Positions 9,601-19,218 of a DNA stretch of 64,000 bases are shown in pieces (the stretch's first letter is position 1; each line of letters begins with the position of its first letter). A program made the position numbers and the translations under genes. Location: assembly GCA_037141055.1 (NCBI GenBank), contig JBAXDH010000006.1, positions 1,766-65,765 of the forward strand. The letters run 5' to 3'. Below the pieces are notes generated by a model. That model worked only from the letters and a program-made list of their open reading frames with translations, did not search any database and was not told the origin of the DNA. The stretch is from a bacterium. Its GTDB lineage: Bacteria; Bacteroidota; Bacteroidia; Bacteroidales; FEN-979.

Positions 9601-12600
9601 AGCAACCCTTCTCAATTGCAACTGTATATAAATGGCGTTGCTGCAGGGCCTGTTTATACTGCATTGTTGGCCACCTGTCAATGGAAACAGTTTGTTTATA
9701 ACTGGAATTCGGGTGCAAGTTCATCAGCAATACTATCTCTCCAAAATCAAAACACCATTGCCACCGGTAATGATTTCACACTGGACGATATTTTATTTCA
9801 ATCGGTATGTACTGCAACTGCCGGCGATTTTGCAACCGGCAACAACGGAATTCAACTTACGCCTGTCATTTCATCTACAGTTTTAGTAACTGTCAATGCA
9901 AATGTTACTGCAGGGTCAATTGGCACGGCGCAATCGATATGCCGGGGGTATACTCCCGCGACGCTTACTTCTGTTGCTGCAGGAACTGGCTCCGGAACCA
10001 TTACATACGAATGGCAGACCAATGCAAGCGGGAGTTTTGCAACTGTCAGCGGAGCGACTTCCGCAACTTATTCGCCTCCTGCATTGAGCACTACTACTAT
10101 TTACCAGAGAAGAACCGTTTCTTTAAGTGGCGGTACTACTTGTTACTCACCATACACATCACAAATCACCATAACCGTTACAGGACCAACTGTTTCGGCA
10201 GGCGGGCCGAATTCGGTTTGCCAGTCAGCCAGCCCAACCGCTTTGACATTAACAGGTGCAAGTTTTGGAGGCGCCACAACTGCGGCCTGGTCAATCATTT
10301 CAGGAGGAGGGGTTTTGAGTTCAACTGCCCAGACTGCAAATCCGTCGGCAGTAACCTATACTCCGGCAGTAAATTACAGCGGTACAGTCATTTTACGACT
10401 GACGACAAATGCCGTCAGTGGCTGTGCTTCCATCGCTGATCGTACCATTACCGTTTCAGCTTTACCTGTTGCCGTGATCTCCTATGCCGGAACACCATTC
10501 TGTATAAGCGTCACATCCGCACAGACGGTCACCAGGACCGGAACGGCAGGTGGCACCTACACTGCTTCACCCGCAGGGTTGACCATCGATGCAGTCACCG
10601 GGTCGGTCACACCGTCCACCAGTACCGCCGGATCATACACGGTAACATATACCATTGCTTCCTCGGGTGGCTGTTCAATTGTGACGGCGACCACATCGGT
10701 TACCATTACTTCTTTACCTGTTGCCACGTTCAGTTATACCGGAACACCATATTGCTCGAATGGAACCAATCCGACACCGGTATTCAGCGGCGGTGGCGTA
10801 GCAGGAACTTTCTCATCGACGGCCGGCTTAAATTTTGTGAGTACTTCCACCGGGCAGGTCAACCTTTCAACAAGCACACCGGGAACCTATACTGTTGCCA
10901 ATACCATTGGAGCCTCAGGCGGATGCGCCCTGGTGAGTTCAATAAGTTCAATCACCATCACAACCTTGCCTGCTGCAGCCATCAGCTATGCAGGCTCACC
11001 CTTTTGCAAAAGCGTTGCAACCGCACAGGCGGTTACACGAACCGGATCGGCAGGTGGCACCTACACTGCTTCACCCGCCGGGTTGACCGTCGATGCAGTC
11101 ACCGGGTCGGTCACACCGTCCACCAGTACCGCCGGATCATACACAGTAACATATACCATTGCTTCCTCGGGTGGTTGTTCAATTGTGACGGCGACAACAC
11201 CGGTTACAATCACGGCTGTTCCGACTGCGACCATCAGTTATGCCGGCACTCCTTTCTGTACATCGGTCGCTTTGGCGCAACCGGTTACGCTTGGCGGCAC
11301 CGGAGCATACAGCGGCGGAACCTATGCTGCAACCCCTGCCGGATTGACAATCAACGCTTCCACAGGAGCAATAACTCCGGGCACAAGCACTGCCGGTTCC
11401 TACACCATAACCTACACGGTTCCTTCCTCCGGCGGATGTGCTGCAGTTCCGGTTACCACACCGGTTGTCATTACTGCCATGCCTTCCGCCACCATCTCAT
11501 ATGCAGGTACACCTTTCTGTCAGACAGTTTCGTCGTCACAACCGGTAACACTTACCGGCACACAAGGTGGTGCTTTTTCAGCTTCTCCTGCAGGGCTGGT
11601 CATAAGCCCGGCAACAGGAGCAATAACTCCAGGGTCCAGTGCATCGGGTTCTTATACAGTTACCTATTCTATTCCGGCATCCGGTGGCTGTGCCGCAACT
11701 TCCGCCACAACCAATGTGACCGTCAACGCATTGCCGGTTGCAACGTTCAGCTATACCGGCAGCCCCTATTGCAGCAATGCAGCCAACCCGCTCCCGACGT
11801 TCAGCGGGGGAGGCGTTGCAGGAATATTCTCTTCATCGCCGGGATTGGTTTTTGTAAGTACGGCAACGGGTGAGATCAACCTCCTGTCTACTACACCGGG
11901 AACTTATTCAGTTGTCAACAACATTGCGGCAAACGGAGGTTGTGAAGCTGTTTCTGCTTCTTCGCTTGTCACGGTTAACCCGATTGCACCGCAGACCCCG
12001 GGAGCCATCAGCGGAACGACCTCCCAGTGCCCGGGCCAGACAGATCAGTCATATTCCATAACAGCTGTTGCAGGTGCGACAGTTTATACCTGGAGTGTCC
12101 CTGCAGGCTGGACAATCACCTCCGGGGCAGGAACAACGTCGATCAGGGTAACGACAGGCACTGCCGGTCAGAATGGCAACATATCCGTCACAGCAGGAAA
12201 TGATTGCGGCACCAGCAGCGCAAGCACACTGGCAGTTTCGGTATCCCCGGTTGAAGTGGTTGCTTCACTTGGCAGTGCCGATGCCTGCTATCCGACTCTT
12301 AAAGCTGCATTTGACAAAATAAACGATGGAACCCATGGCGGAGTTATTACAATCAAACTGCATGGCAGTACAACGGAAACAATCTCGGCTGTATTAAACG
12401 CAAGTGGTACCGGTTCTGCCAGTTTCACATCTGTAAATATTTTTCCAACCGTGACCGGCGTCGTAATTTCCGGAAACCTTGCGACCCCTCTGATCGATTT
12501 AAACGGGGCTGATAACGTCACGATTGACGGACGGGTAAATGCTTTAGGTTCTTCAAAAGATCTTGTTGTCACCAATTCAAGCAGTTCATCTGCAGCAGCA

Positions 12601-15600
12601 ACTTCCACAATTCGCTTTGCTAATAATGCGTCGGCTAACACGATAAAGTATTGTGTGCTGAAAGGTTCTGAAACTGCAACTACCGGCGGGATCGTCTTTT
12701 TTTCCACATCATCATCAGCCGGAACAGGAAATGATAATAATCTGATCGACAACAATAATATTACCTGTGATGCCGACGCCAACCGGCCTTTGAATGCAAT
12801 ATATTCCGCAGGAACATCCTCAAAGGTCAACAGCGGTAATACAATCAGTAATAATAATATTTATGATTTCCTCAGTCGTTCGGCCACCTCAAATGGAATA
12901 AACATTGCTGGAAACTCCCAGGATTTTACAATTTCCGGCAACAGTTTTTATGAAACATCCACCTTAGTCGTATCAGCGAGCAGTGTCATATACAACGTCA
13001 TTTATCTGAATAATTCATCAGGAACCGGGTTTAGTGTGAGCGGAAACTACATCGGAGGAAAGTCTGCCCAGTGCGGGGGCGATGCGTGGTCAAAAAATAC
13101 GCAAAATTCAGTTTTTTCGGCAATCAATGTGAATGTCGGTACGGCTGTTGCAAGCAGCATCCAGAATAATACAATCAGGAATTTCTCCTGGAGCAATTCA
13201 TCAAACGCCTCATGGACCGGGATAAACGTTGCCGCCGGCGCCGTGAACATCGGCACCCTGTCGGGAAATGTGATCGGGGCATCATCTGGAACCAATTCAA
13301 TTGTGATAACTGCAGCATCAAACAACGCCAATTTATACGGTATCAATATTGCCGGCACAGGATCCGTTGATTGCCAGAACAACTTCATCGGGTCGATCAC
13401 GGCTGCCAACGGATCTTCAAATGCCAGCAACATCTTTGGAATTAACAGAACTGCGGAAGTTGGTACTACTACCATCAGTAATAATACAATAGGAAGTGCA
13501 ACCACAGATAACAGTATTAATGCGAGTTCAGCCAGTACGTCGAACAACCAGAATGTGTACGGGATCTTTAACAACGGGACCGGGACAATAACGGTCAATA
13601 ACAATACGATAGCCAATTTAACGAATGGAACCACCCGCACAACCACCAGCGGTACCGGCCGCATCAATGGGATTACTTCTGTAAATGGAATAAATGTCAT
13701 TTCGGGTAATACGATCTATGATCTGACAATTGCAAATGGGAATACAGCATTAAATAATTCATCAATTTGCGGAATTGCACTTACAGGCAGCACATTAAAG
13801 ACTGTTACCGGGAACACGATTTATAATCTGTCAAATACATATGCTTCCTTTGCCGGTGATGTTATCGGATTGTACTTTACCGGGAATACAGGAGCGAATC
13901 TTATTTCGGGAAACTTTATTCACTCGTTATCAATAACAGGTGTTTCATCGACAATTGGCGAAGTTTATGGGATAGTGGCGGCTTCCGGCTCCGCGACCTA
14001 TTCAAATAATATTATCAATTTAGGCGGAAACACGAAAACCACCCTGTATGGCATATACGAAACCGGGGCTTCAGGGAATAGTGACGGATTATATTTTAAT
14101 ACAGTTTACATTGGAGGTACCCTTGCCTCAGGTTCAACCAATAAATCATACGCATTGTTCTCCGCAGGGAATTCAAATACCTGCAATTTCAGGGATAACA
14201 TATTTGTAAATGAGCGATCAACCACCGGAGGTTCCAGCTTGCACTATGGTATTTATTTTGCTGCAACGGGAGGCTCATTTACCACCGATTACAATGATTA
14301 TTTTGTATCCGGAACGGGCAGTGTTTTAGGGTATTACGGGAGCAACAAAACAAGCCTGTCTGCGTGGCAGGCTGCTACATCGCAGGATTCCGGCAGCCTT
14401 GATGCAAATCCAGACTTTACCCTTGCCGGTTCTACGGTTACAACAGATTATAAAATCCACAGGGATTTACCCGGTATCACAATTTCCGGTATCACAACCG
14501 ATTTCGGCGGAACTTTGCGGGTTCTTCCATCCATGGGCGCCTGGGAGAAAAATCTTCGTAAATGGAAAGGCTCTGTCAGTAATAATTTTGCCAACGCAGC
14601 TAACTGGTCTGACGGGACTGTGCCACTGGCCGGGGAAAGTGTCATTTTTGACGATAATCCCGATCAGGATTGTTACCTGGATCAGGACAGGACCATTGGC
14701 AGCTTAACCATTAACCAGGCATTGGATAAAATGGTGTTGAACGGATACCGGTTATCCCTGAACAGCAATCTTAACCTGACCGATGGCGGAAAAATTGATG
14801 CTGCTTCAGCAAATTCCACAATGGCCTTTACCGGCAGCAGTCTGCAAACGATAAACGCCGGAGCTTTCGTGCAGAACAGCGTTGCCAATCTTACAGTAAA
14901 CAACTCCGTTGGGGTGAGCCTTACCGGTGACCTGGATGTTAACGGGAACCTTGATCTTGCAAATGGCCCCCTTCAGTTAGGAACGGTCACGCTTGGAATA
15001 AACGGCTCGATTACGCGTACCGCCGGATCGGTGACTGCCGGGTCAACCTCTGGTGTTAAAATAGGAGGGAGCGGTTCGCAACTCATCATTCCTGCCAATT
15101 GTTTTACCGGGAGCAGTGTAAATGATTTTACCATCAACAGGGCTTCCGGGGTTTCTCTGAGCAGCAGTCTTTCAGTCTCGGGGATACTGGACTTGCATGT
15201 AGCCAATCCGTCTTCAACCCGGGGATGCCTTGAAACAGGAAACAATATTCTCAGCATGGGAGCATTGTCAACCACTACAGGCCCGGGCGATGTTAACGGG
15301 ATCGTTACACGATCTTCATTCCCGTCAAATGGCCCGTATTCATTCGGGAACCAATTCACAACAATGACTTTTTCTGCCGGCGGAACAGTCCCGTCAACGA
15401 TTGGGGTAAAGATTACGCTTGGAGCGGCACCTTCCTGGAAACCGGATGCAATCCTGCGGACCTATGATATCATCCAGAGTGGAGGAACCGCTAAGCCGGT
15501 GAGCATGAACCTTCATTATCTCAACAGCGAACTGAATGGCATTCCTGACACGCTCCTCTATGCATGGGACTTCCATGCTGCCACCAATCCCATCCGGCTT

Positions 15601-17295
15601 GAGAAACGCACCAGGACATCACAAAGTACAACGGATCACTGGGTCGGCACATCATTGACCGATGTTGGTTATTTTGGAACAAGCTATAACGAGCATCCCT
15701 GGACCCTTGCCCGAACCAATTATGTAACCTTCATGGGTTTAAAAGGCTGGAGAATGATAACAGCTCCTACGATCACTACATCATCAGACATTCTATCAAA
15801 CTTTATTTCCCAGGGCGTAGCAGGGTCATCATATCCCGGGAAACAGCCTAACTTCCTCTGGTTCAATGAAACGGACACACTTACCACCAACATGAGCTGG
15901 CGCACAAGCAAATATGACAGCATTATTGTTCCTGGTCGCGGGTATTATTTTTATGTATTTGACTCGGTTTCCCAGGCTTCAGCAGCAGCTCCTGTTTACA
16001 GCGACAAATTGCCCCGCCGGATGACCTCTTCAGGAAATGCCTACTTCCCGGGAAATTTTTCATATTCGCTCTCAAACCATCACGTCACATTCACACCAAG
16101 GGTCGGCGGACAAACTCATACCTCTGTGAATGATACGATCTTTTATGATACGAATGTTGATGACCAGGGATGGAACCTCCTGGGGAATCCCACATTGTCG
16201 ACCTTGAACTGGAACTCTTCACATGGATGGACAAAGACAAATCTCGACAGTACCATCTATATATGGGATCCTGCAATAAATCAATTCAGGGTGTGGAACG
16301 GGATTAACGGCAACCTTGGAAGCGGGCTGATCAGCCCGTTCCAGGCATTCTGGGTGCGGGCCAACAACCCCAACCCCGCATTAAGTTTTACAGATGAAGT
16401 TTTAACCACGGGCGGGACCTTCTATGGAGGCACTTCAGTGAAGTCAGCGCAATTCAACCCGGTTCCTTCTGCGATAAACCTGAACCTTAAATCTGCAGGC
16501 CTTGAGGGAGATATCATTGTCTCATTCAAGGAGGATGGCAAAGTCGGTCCCGATCCCTGGGATGCATACCGGTTGCAGCCGCTGTCAAATTCATCGATCG
16601 AAGTGTTTACCCTGTCATCTCCGTCACATACAATGCCCCTGGTGATCAATAATCTGCCGTCAGACGGTCCCGACTGCATCATCCTGCCGCTCTATACCGG
16701 CGGACAATTAAACGGCCGCGAAATCACAGGAACCTATACCCTTAACTGGGAACTTCCCCCGGACTGGCCTGCCGACTGGGCAATCAGCCTCAATGATCAT
16801 TCGGAGAAAAAGGCCATCTCCATGAAGCGGGAACATTCATATACATTTACAATTGGAAATACGAAGAGTTCCTTGGACGAAAATGCTCAGGATAGTGTTT
16901 CTCCGCTTGTCCTGCCATCACTCATTAACCCGGTGTCGGTCAGCAGCAGGCTGAAAAGTTCTACAGGTTCATCACCGTTTTCCATTGTCATTCAGAAAGG
17001 CAGTACCAAGGACGACCCGATTTATATTTCGCCGGAGCCGAATCTCCTGCCAAACTTTCCGAATCCCTTTGCAGACCAAACCACCATCCGTCTTAGCCTG
17101 CCATCGGCTGCATATGTTACGCTGAAAATTTTTGACATACGCGGAGTGTTGATTGATGTTGTGGCTGACCGTAATTATGAAGCTGGCAGTTACAGTATTC
17201 CATGGACCCGCAACGGACAGAATGCCGGAATTTACCTTCTTCAGATGGATGCCGGGGCTGTCGTTAAAACAAAAAAGCTTGTGATCATCAATTAG
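6637..17295 (+). CDS. Giant (3552 aa) T9SS-secreted surface adhesin: beta-helix regions, Ig/PKD-like repeats, CBM-like domain, type A CTD
   Basis: Sec signal peptide; Thr/Ser/Gly-rich; GNWNSTATW G8-like start; WYAAATGG...TTTYYV...RTPV Ig module; NGDFELG CBM-like module; six PF/YC...GGC repeats; Asn-rich parallel beta-helix; C-terminal NFPNPF...GIYLLQM...KTKKLVIIN T9SS sorting domain. Confidence 0.85.
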   Translation: MLKRNSSIKMSVPAMSIITGILLFMLLSVFNAQAANRYAVVTGNWNSTATWSATSGGTGGASVPVAGDAVYIEGGHNVTITANAGCSSVSFTTTTATLLNINAGITLDVSGAVTIPKSGSSVNTLAVGAGFLNAGSVSFTGTGSTKRHEITISTGTVMVTGNVSGTTTSATITFTGAGLLKLGGAFFTSSTGTLTPATGTVEYNASGAQTVGDFAYNNLTLSGSGAKTTDAVTVNGILSMEGTATVTIAPTYGTSASLVYNTATSHVAGLEWVTPFAATGGITIANTGTISLNSAEVFNASIPLIINSGASLSTAGFQLTLGGDFINNGGTFNAGSSPVVISNTKLIQSIDGFTTTGLVSVTKSAGIATMQNNVTAGGLTINGTGGTLNLGAGFTHSVTGAVTLSAGTLNGGTNTILAVSGNWTRNSGVYAAGTGSVNFIGGSLQTIGGSSSTTFNNLGINNSAGVSLSIAVAVGGTLTLTSGVLTTGSSALTVSNSSSTAVTGGSATSFISGPLTWSLSAGQTYSFPVGKSSTYLPFGLTGITGTNPQIRVEAFSGNTGGTASPPLTSLSTTEYWFASVTANTYSGGSVSLTRQAALNEFEAVGRNASSLNGAYGSLNGTVSGTSIINSDNTGNSLGYFVMASKLSITTGTINPASYCPGSSVIVPYSKTGTFSAGNVFTAQLSDAVGSFASPVIIGSLASQLSGTISATIPVGQSSGSGYRIRVVSSSPSFTGSDNGVNLYIGGPVITATYPGSSCGPGPVVLGATASFGTISWYAAATGGSALGTGTTFTTPSLSVTTTYYVDVISGSCTSAPRTPVMAYIITPPTMTAGGGGTFCYSSNITLTSSGTNISNQYWEGPNSFYSVEQNPVISAATTAMSGTYTVTGSALSGINLVANGDFELGNVGFGSGYVASSDLLLEGTYAVVADPRSVHSGYSTCADHTPSGTLQMVVNGSIIAGVNVWTQTVSVLPGTDYQFSYWVQSVVASNPSQLQLYINGVAAGPVYTALLATCQWKQFVYNWNSGASSSAILSLQNQNTIATGNDFTLDDILFQSVCTATAGDFATGNNGIQLTPVISSTVLVTVNANVTAGSIGTAQSICRGYTPATLTSVAAGTGSGTITYEWQTNASGSFATVSGATSATYSPPALSTTTIYQRRTVSLSGGTTCYSPYTSQITITVTGPTVSAGGPNSVCQSASPTALTLTGASFGGATTAAWSIISGGGVLSSTAQTANPSAVTYTPAVNYSGTVILRLTTNAVSGCASIADRTITVSALPVAVISYAGTPFCISVTSAQTVTRTGTAGGTYTASPAGLTIDAVTGSVTPSTSTAGSYTVTYTIASSGGCSIVTATTSVTITSLPVATFSYTGTPYCSNGTNPTPVFSGGGVAGTFSSTAGLNFVSTSTGQVNLSTSTPGTYTVANTIGASGGCALVSSISSITITTLPAAAISYAGSPFCKSVATAQAVTRTGSAGGTYTASPAGLTVDAVTGSVTPSTSTAGSYTVTYTIASSGGCSIVTATTPVTITAVPTATISYAGTPFCTSVALAQPVTLGGTGAYSGGTYAATPAGLTINASTGAITPGTSTAGSYTITYTVPSSGGCAAVPVTTPVVITAMPSATISYAGTPFCQTVSSSQPVTLTGTQGGAFSASPAGLVISPATGAITPGSSASGSYTVTYSIPASGGCAATSATTNVTVNALPVATFSYTGSPYCSNAANPLPTFSGGGVAGIFSSSPGLVFVSTATGEINLLSTTPGTYSVVNNIAANGGCEAVSASSLVTVNPIAPQTPGAISGTTSQCPGQTDQSYSITAVAGATVYTWSVPAGWTITSGAGTTSIRVTTGTAGQNGNISVTAGNDCGTSSASTLAVSVSPVEVVASLGSADACYPTLKAAFDKINDGTHGGVITIKLHGSTTETISAVLNASGTGSASFTSVNIFPTVTGVVISGNLATPLIDLNGADNVTIDGRVNALGSSKDLVVTNSSSSSAAATSTIRFANNASANTIKYCVLKGSETATTGGIVFFSTSSSAGTGNDNNLIDNNNITCDADANRPLNAIYSAGTSSKVNSGNTISNNNIYDFLSRSATSNGINIAGNSQDFTISGNSFYETSTLVVSASSVIYNVIYLNNSSGTGFSVSGNYIGGKSAQCGGDAWSKNTQNSVFSAINVNVGTAVASSIQNNTIRNFSWSNSSNASWTGINVAAGAVNIGTLSGNVIGASSGTNSIVITAASNNANLYGINIAGTGSVDCQNNFIGSITAANGSSNASNIFGINRTAEVGTTTISNNTIGSATTDNSINASSASTSNNQNVYGIFNNGTGTITVNNNTIANLTNGTTRTTTSGTGRINGITSVNGINVISGNTIYDLTIANGNTALNNSSICGIALTGSTLKTVTGNTIYNLSNTYASFAGDVIGLYFTGNTGANLISGNFIHSLSITGVSSTIGEVYGIVAASGSATYSNNIINLGGNTKTTLYGIYETGASGNSDGLYFNTVYIGGTLASGSTNKSYALFSAGNSNTCNFRDNIFVNERSTTGGSSLHYGIYFAATGGSFTTDYNDYFVSGTGSVLGYYGSNKTSLSAWQAATSQDSGSLDANPDFTLAGSTVTTDYKIHRDLPGITISGITTDFGGTLRVLPSMGAWEKNLRKWKGSVSNNFANAANWSDGTVPLAGESVIFDDNPDQDCYLDQDRTIGSLTINQALDKMVLNGYRLSLNSNLNLTDGGKIDAASANSTMAFTGSSLQTINAGAFVQNSVANLTVNNSVGVSLTGDLDVNGNLDLANGPLQLGTVTLGINGSITRTAGSVTAGSTSGVKIGGSGSQLIIPANCFTGSSVNDFTINRASGVSLSSSLSVSGILDLHVANPSSTRGCLETGNNILSMGALSTTTGPGDVNGIVTRSSFPSNGPYSFGNQFTTMTFSAGGTVPSTIGVKITLGAAPSWKPDAILRTYDIIQSGGTAKPVSMNLHYLNSELNGIPDTLLYAWDFHAATNPIRLEKRTRTSQSTTDHWVGTSLTDVGYFGTSYNEHPWTLARTNYVTFMGLKGWRMITAPTITTSSDILSNFISQGVAGSSYPGKQPNFLWFNETDTLTTNMSWRTSKYDSIIVPGRGYYFYVFDSVSQASAAAPVYSDKLPRRMTSSGNAYFPGNFSYSLSNHHVTFTPRVGGQTHTSVNDTIFYDTNVDDQGWNLLGNPTLSTLNWNSSHGWTKTNLDSTIYIWDPAINQFRVWNGINGNLGSGLISPFQAFWVRANNPNPALSFTDEVLTTGGTFYGGTSVKSAQFNPVPSAINLNLKSAGLEGDIIVSFKEDGKVGPDPWDAYRLQPLSNSSIEVFTLSSPSHTMPLVINNLPSDGPDCIILPLYTGGQLNGREITGTYTLNWELPPDWPADWAISLNDHSEKKAISMKREHSYTFTIGNTKSSLDENAQDSVSPLVLPSLINPVSVSSRLKSSTGSSPFSIVIQKGSTKDDPIYISPEPNLLPNFPNPFADQTTIRLSLPSAAYVTLKIFDIRGVLIDVVADRNYEAGSYSIPWTRNGQNAGIYLLQMDAGAVVKTKKLVIIN
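10462..11982 (+). repeat. Six tandem ~84-aa Ig/PKD-like repeats (order A-B-A-A-A-B) inside the adhesin
   Basis: A = ISYAG[T/S]PFC...ASPAGL...GGC; B = FSYTG[T/S]PYCSN...FSGGGVAG...GGC. DNA 10537-10691 vs 11041-11195 differs at 5 of 155 nt. Confidence 0.9.
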
Positions 17296-17301
17296 TAAAC
17301 T

Positions 17302-17805
17302 ATGCTTCCCATGCCAACAAGGTTTATTTTATTATGTCTTTTGCTTCTCTTGCAACCTGGAATATTTGCACAAACATCAGGCAACATCCGTGCTTCAGCC
17401 ACAGTTGTCGAAGCAACAGACATCCTGTTGATACCGATGAAGGACATGGTCATCGATGAAACATCAGCACGCGATGGCATACTGGACATCTCCCCAATTA
17501 CGGATGTAAAAGCGGGGAAGATACTGGTCAAGGGCAGGAGCAATTCCAGCGTGCGGTTATCCTACCTGAATGAAATGTCTCTGGTAAATACAACTGGGGA
17601 AGGAACGGTGGTGTGTAAGTATGTAATTAGTGGATTCAAGTCTGATAATCAAGCTGCTTCCCAGTTGCTCGACCAGGTTGAACGAATTGTACAGTTTAGC
17701 GAAAAGGGAGAGTTTTACCTCTGGCTGGGAGGGAAGGTTAATCTTTCCCGTGCCAGGCCCGGCAATTATGATGGTGAATTCACAATTCAAATTGAATATA
17801 TCTGA
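17302..17805 (+). CDS. Putative minor pilin subunit (DUF4402/chaperone-usher pilin-like)
   Basis: Signal peptide, Gln mature start, N-terminal strand IRASATVVE, C-terminus GNYDGEFTIQIEYI (Gly -14, penultimate Tyr). Confidence 0.7.
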   Translation: MLPMPTRFILLCLLLLLQPGIFAQTSGNIRASATVVEATDILLIPMKDMVIDETSARDGILDISPITDVKAGKILVKGRSNSSVRLSYLNEMSLVNTTGEGTVVCKYVISGFKSDNQAASQLLDQVERIVQFSEKGEFYLWLGGKVNLSRARPGNYDGEFTIQIEYI

Positions 17806-17806
17806 A

Positions 17807-18412
17807 ATGAGATTGAACTTGGATAAGGTCCTGTCATTGGTATTGTTGGTTTTTTTTGCCTGCGGTATTGAAATTCATGCCCAGCATGTTAGTTTCGGCA
17901 CCTGGGCGGCAGGGGACATTGTGATCATGAAAGGAGTGCCGGAAACATTGAATTTCAATGATAAAAAGCAGGTCATTAATCCGGGGATCAGCCAAACGGT
18001 TACCATCAACCTGAATGATCCCCAGCCCGCTGTCCTGACCATTGAGGGCACAGAATACATGGATGTAACGGTATACATTGACGCCCCGGTTGTACTGGAC
18101 CTTGATCCTGCAAACCAGATTCCGGTTGCAATTCGTTTCGCCTATTCTAACCTGGGTACACTCGATATGGCACTGGCTAAAAATCAGGCAATTGAGGTGC
18201 CTGTTGGCTTCAACACGGCCACTTTTCCCATTTTGAGACGAATCAACGGTCCGCCCGGTCCTCCTCCAACTCCGCCTTCCTCCGGTTATATCCCGCCCCG
18301 GAAAAAAGCATGGTTGTTTATTTATGGAACATTGGGGCCGGTAGGGAGTGTAAACGCCGGCATGTATAGCGGAATCGTCAATGTAACCGTTGAATACACG
18401 AAGAATAACTGA
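17807..18412 (+). CDS. Putative minor pilin subunit with Pro-rich loop
   Basis: Start moved to MRLNLDK (17807), 1 nt after the previous stop; signal peptide; LFIYGTL strand; C-terminal AGMYSGIVNVTVEY. Confidence 0.65.
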   Translation: MRLNLDKVLSLVLLVFFACGIEIHAQHVSFGTWAAGDIVIMKGVPETLNFNDKKQVINPGISQTVTINLNDPQPAVLTIEGTEYMDVTVYIDAPVVLDLDPANQIPVAIRFAYSNLGTLDMALAKNQAIEVPVGFNTATFPILRRINGPPGPPPTPPSSGYIPPRKKAWLFIYGTLGPVGSVNAGMYSGIVNVTVEYTKNN

Positions 18413-18499
18413 TCCTCCCTGGGTTGAAATACCCGCTGAAAAGTTGAAATCCGGGATATTGAAATGAGATCACCGCTTAATTCATTAAAATTGACTGAC

Positions 18500-19054
18500 A
18501 TGAAATGTATAAACCCGCGCAAACTGAACCTGTCCTTCGGATTGATTATATTCGGGTGTGTCATGCTGACGTCGAATGGTTTTACCCAGTCGCTGAAAGT
18601 CAATATTAGGGTGAATTCCACCGTAGGAATGCGGCCTTCGATACCGTTTGAAGATATGCCGGAAAATAAAACGAAGACTTTGACAAAAGGAGAATCTTTG
18701 CAGAACCGATCAGTCAGTGGCATGGGAGCTTTCACAATAACCGGCAAAGAAAATACGGATATGCTCATCCGGCTTGATGCCCCGCAGGTTCTTGTAAACA
18801 AGGAAAATCAAACGATGCCCTACCAGATGAAACTTGCCCTGGTTAACAATACTTCAGCGGACGTAAACAGCCTGAACTGGTCCAGCAATAAGAGCAATGT
18901 GTTTAAATTATCCAAAAGCCTTAACGAAGTGCAGCATAAGAACCTGCGGGATGACGACTTTCAGGCTTCTCTTTATTTGAAGGGCACTGCTGATGTGTCG
19001 GCAAATTCAAAAAGCACCTTCGAAGGGAAGGTTAAACTGACGATTGAATATTAA
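18500..19054 (+). CDS. Putative minor pilin subunit
   Basis: Signal peptide (start 18500 or 18464); GAFTITG, LYLKGT, C-terminal STFEGKVKLTIEY matching neighbouring pilin-like proteins. Confidence 0.6.
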   Translation: MKCINPRKLNLSFGLIIFGCVMLTSNGFTQSLKVNIRVNSTVGMRPSIPFEDMPENKTKTLTKGESLQNRSVSGMGAFTITGKENTDMLIRLDAPQVLVNKENQTMPYQMKLALVNNTSADVNSLNWSSNKSNVFKLSKSLNEVQHKNLRDDDFQASLYLKGTADVSANSKSTFEGKVKLTIEY

Positions 19055-19095
19055 TCAGGCCATCAAACAGCAATATATTAATCTTTCAGCCATTG

Positions 19096-19128
19096 CCGGA
19101 GTTGCTACAAGATGCGGTTCCGGTTTTT
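19096..19128 (+). terminator. Hairpin/terminator (CCGGAGTTGC family, copy 1)
   Basis: CCGGAGTTGC-tacaagat-GCGGTTCCGG followed by TTTTT. Confidence 0.65.
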
Positions 19129-19218
19129 CATTTAATCAGGTTTTACCGTCAATAAGTCCAGTGTCACGAAAAAACCGATGCCGCACGTTGGTGCACATCC
19201 CTGAAATTACCGAATACA

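Noticed and set aside
9807-11873. Long Cys/Arg/His-rich alternative-frame ORFs (9807-10439, 10752-11873) and many antisense ORFs in the adhesin
   Set aside because: Shadow frames of a Thr/Ser/Gly/Ala-rich gene with no protein-like features
10462-11982. CRISPR-like or non-coding repeat array
   Set aside because: The repeats are in-frame coding domains of the adhesin; no constant repeat with unique spacers was seen anywhere in the window
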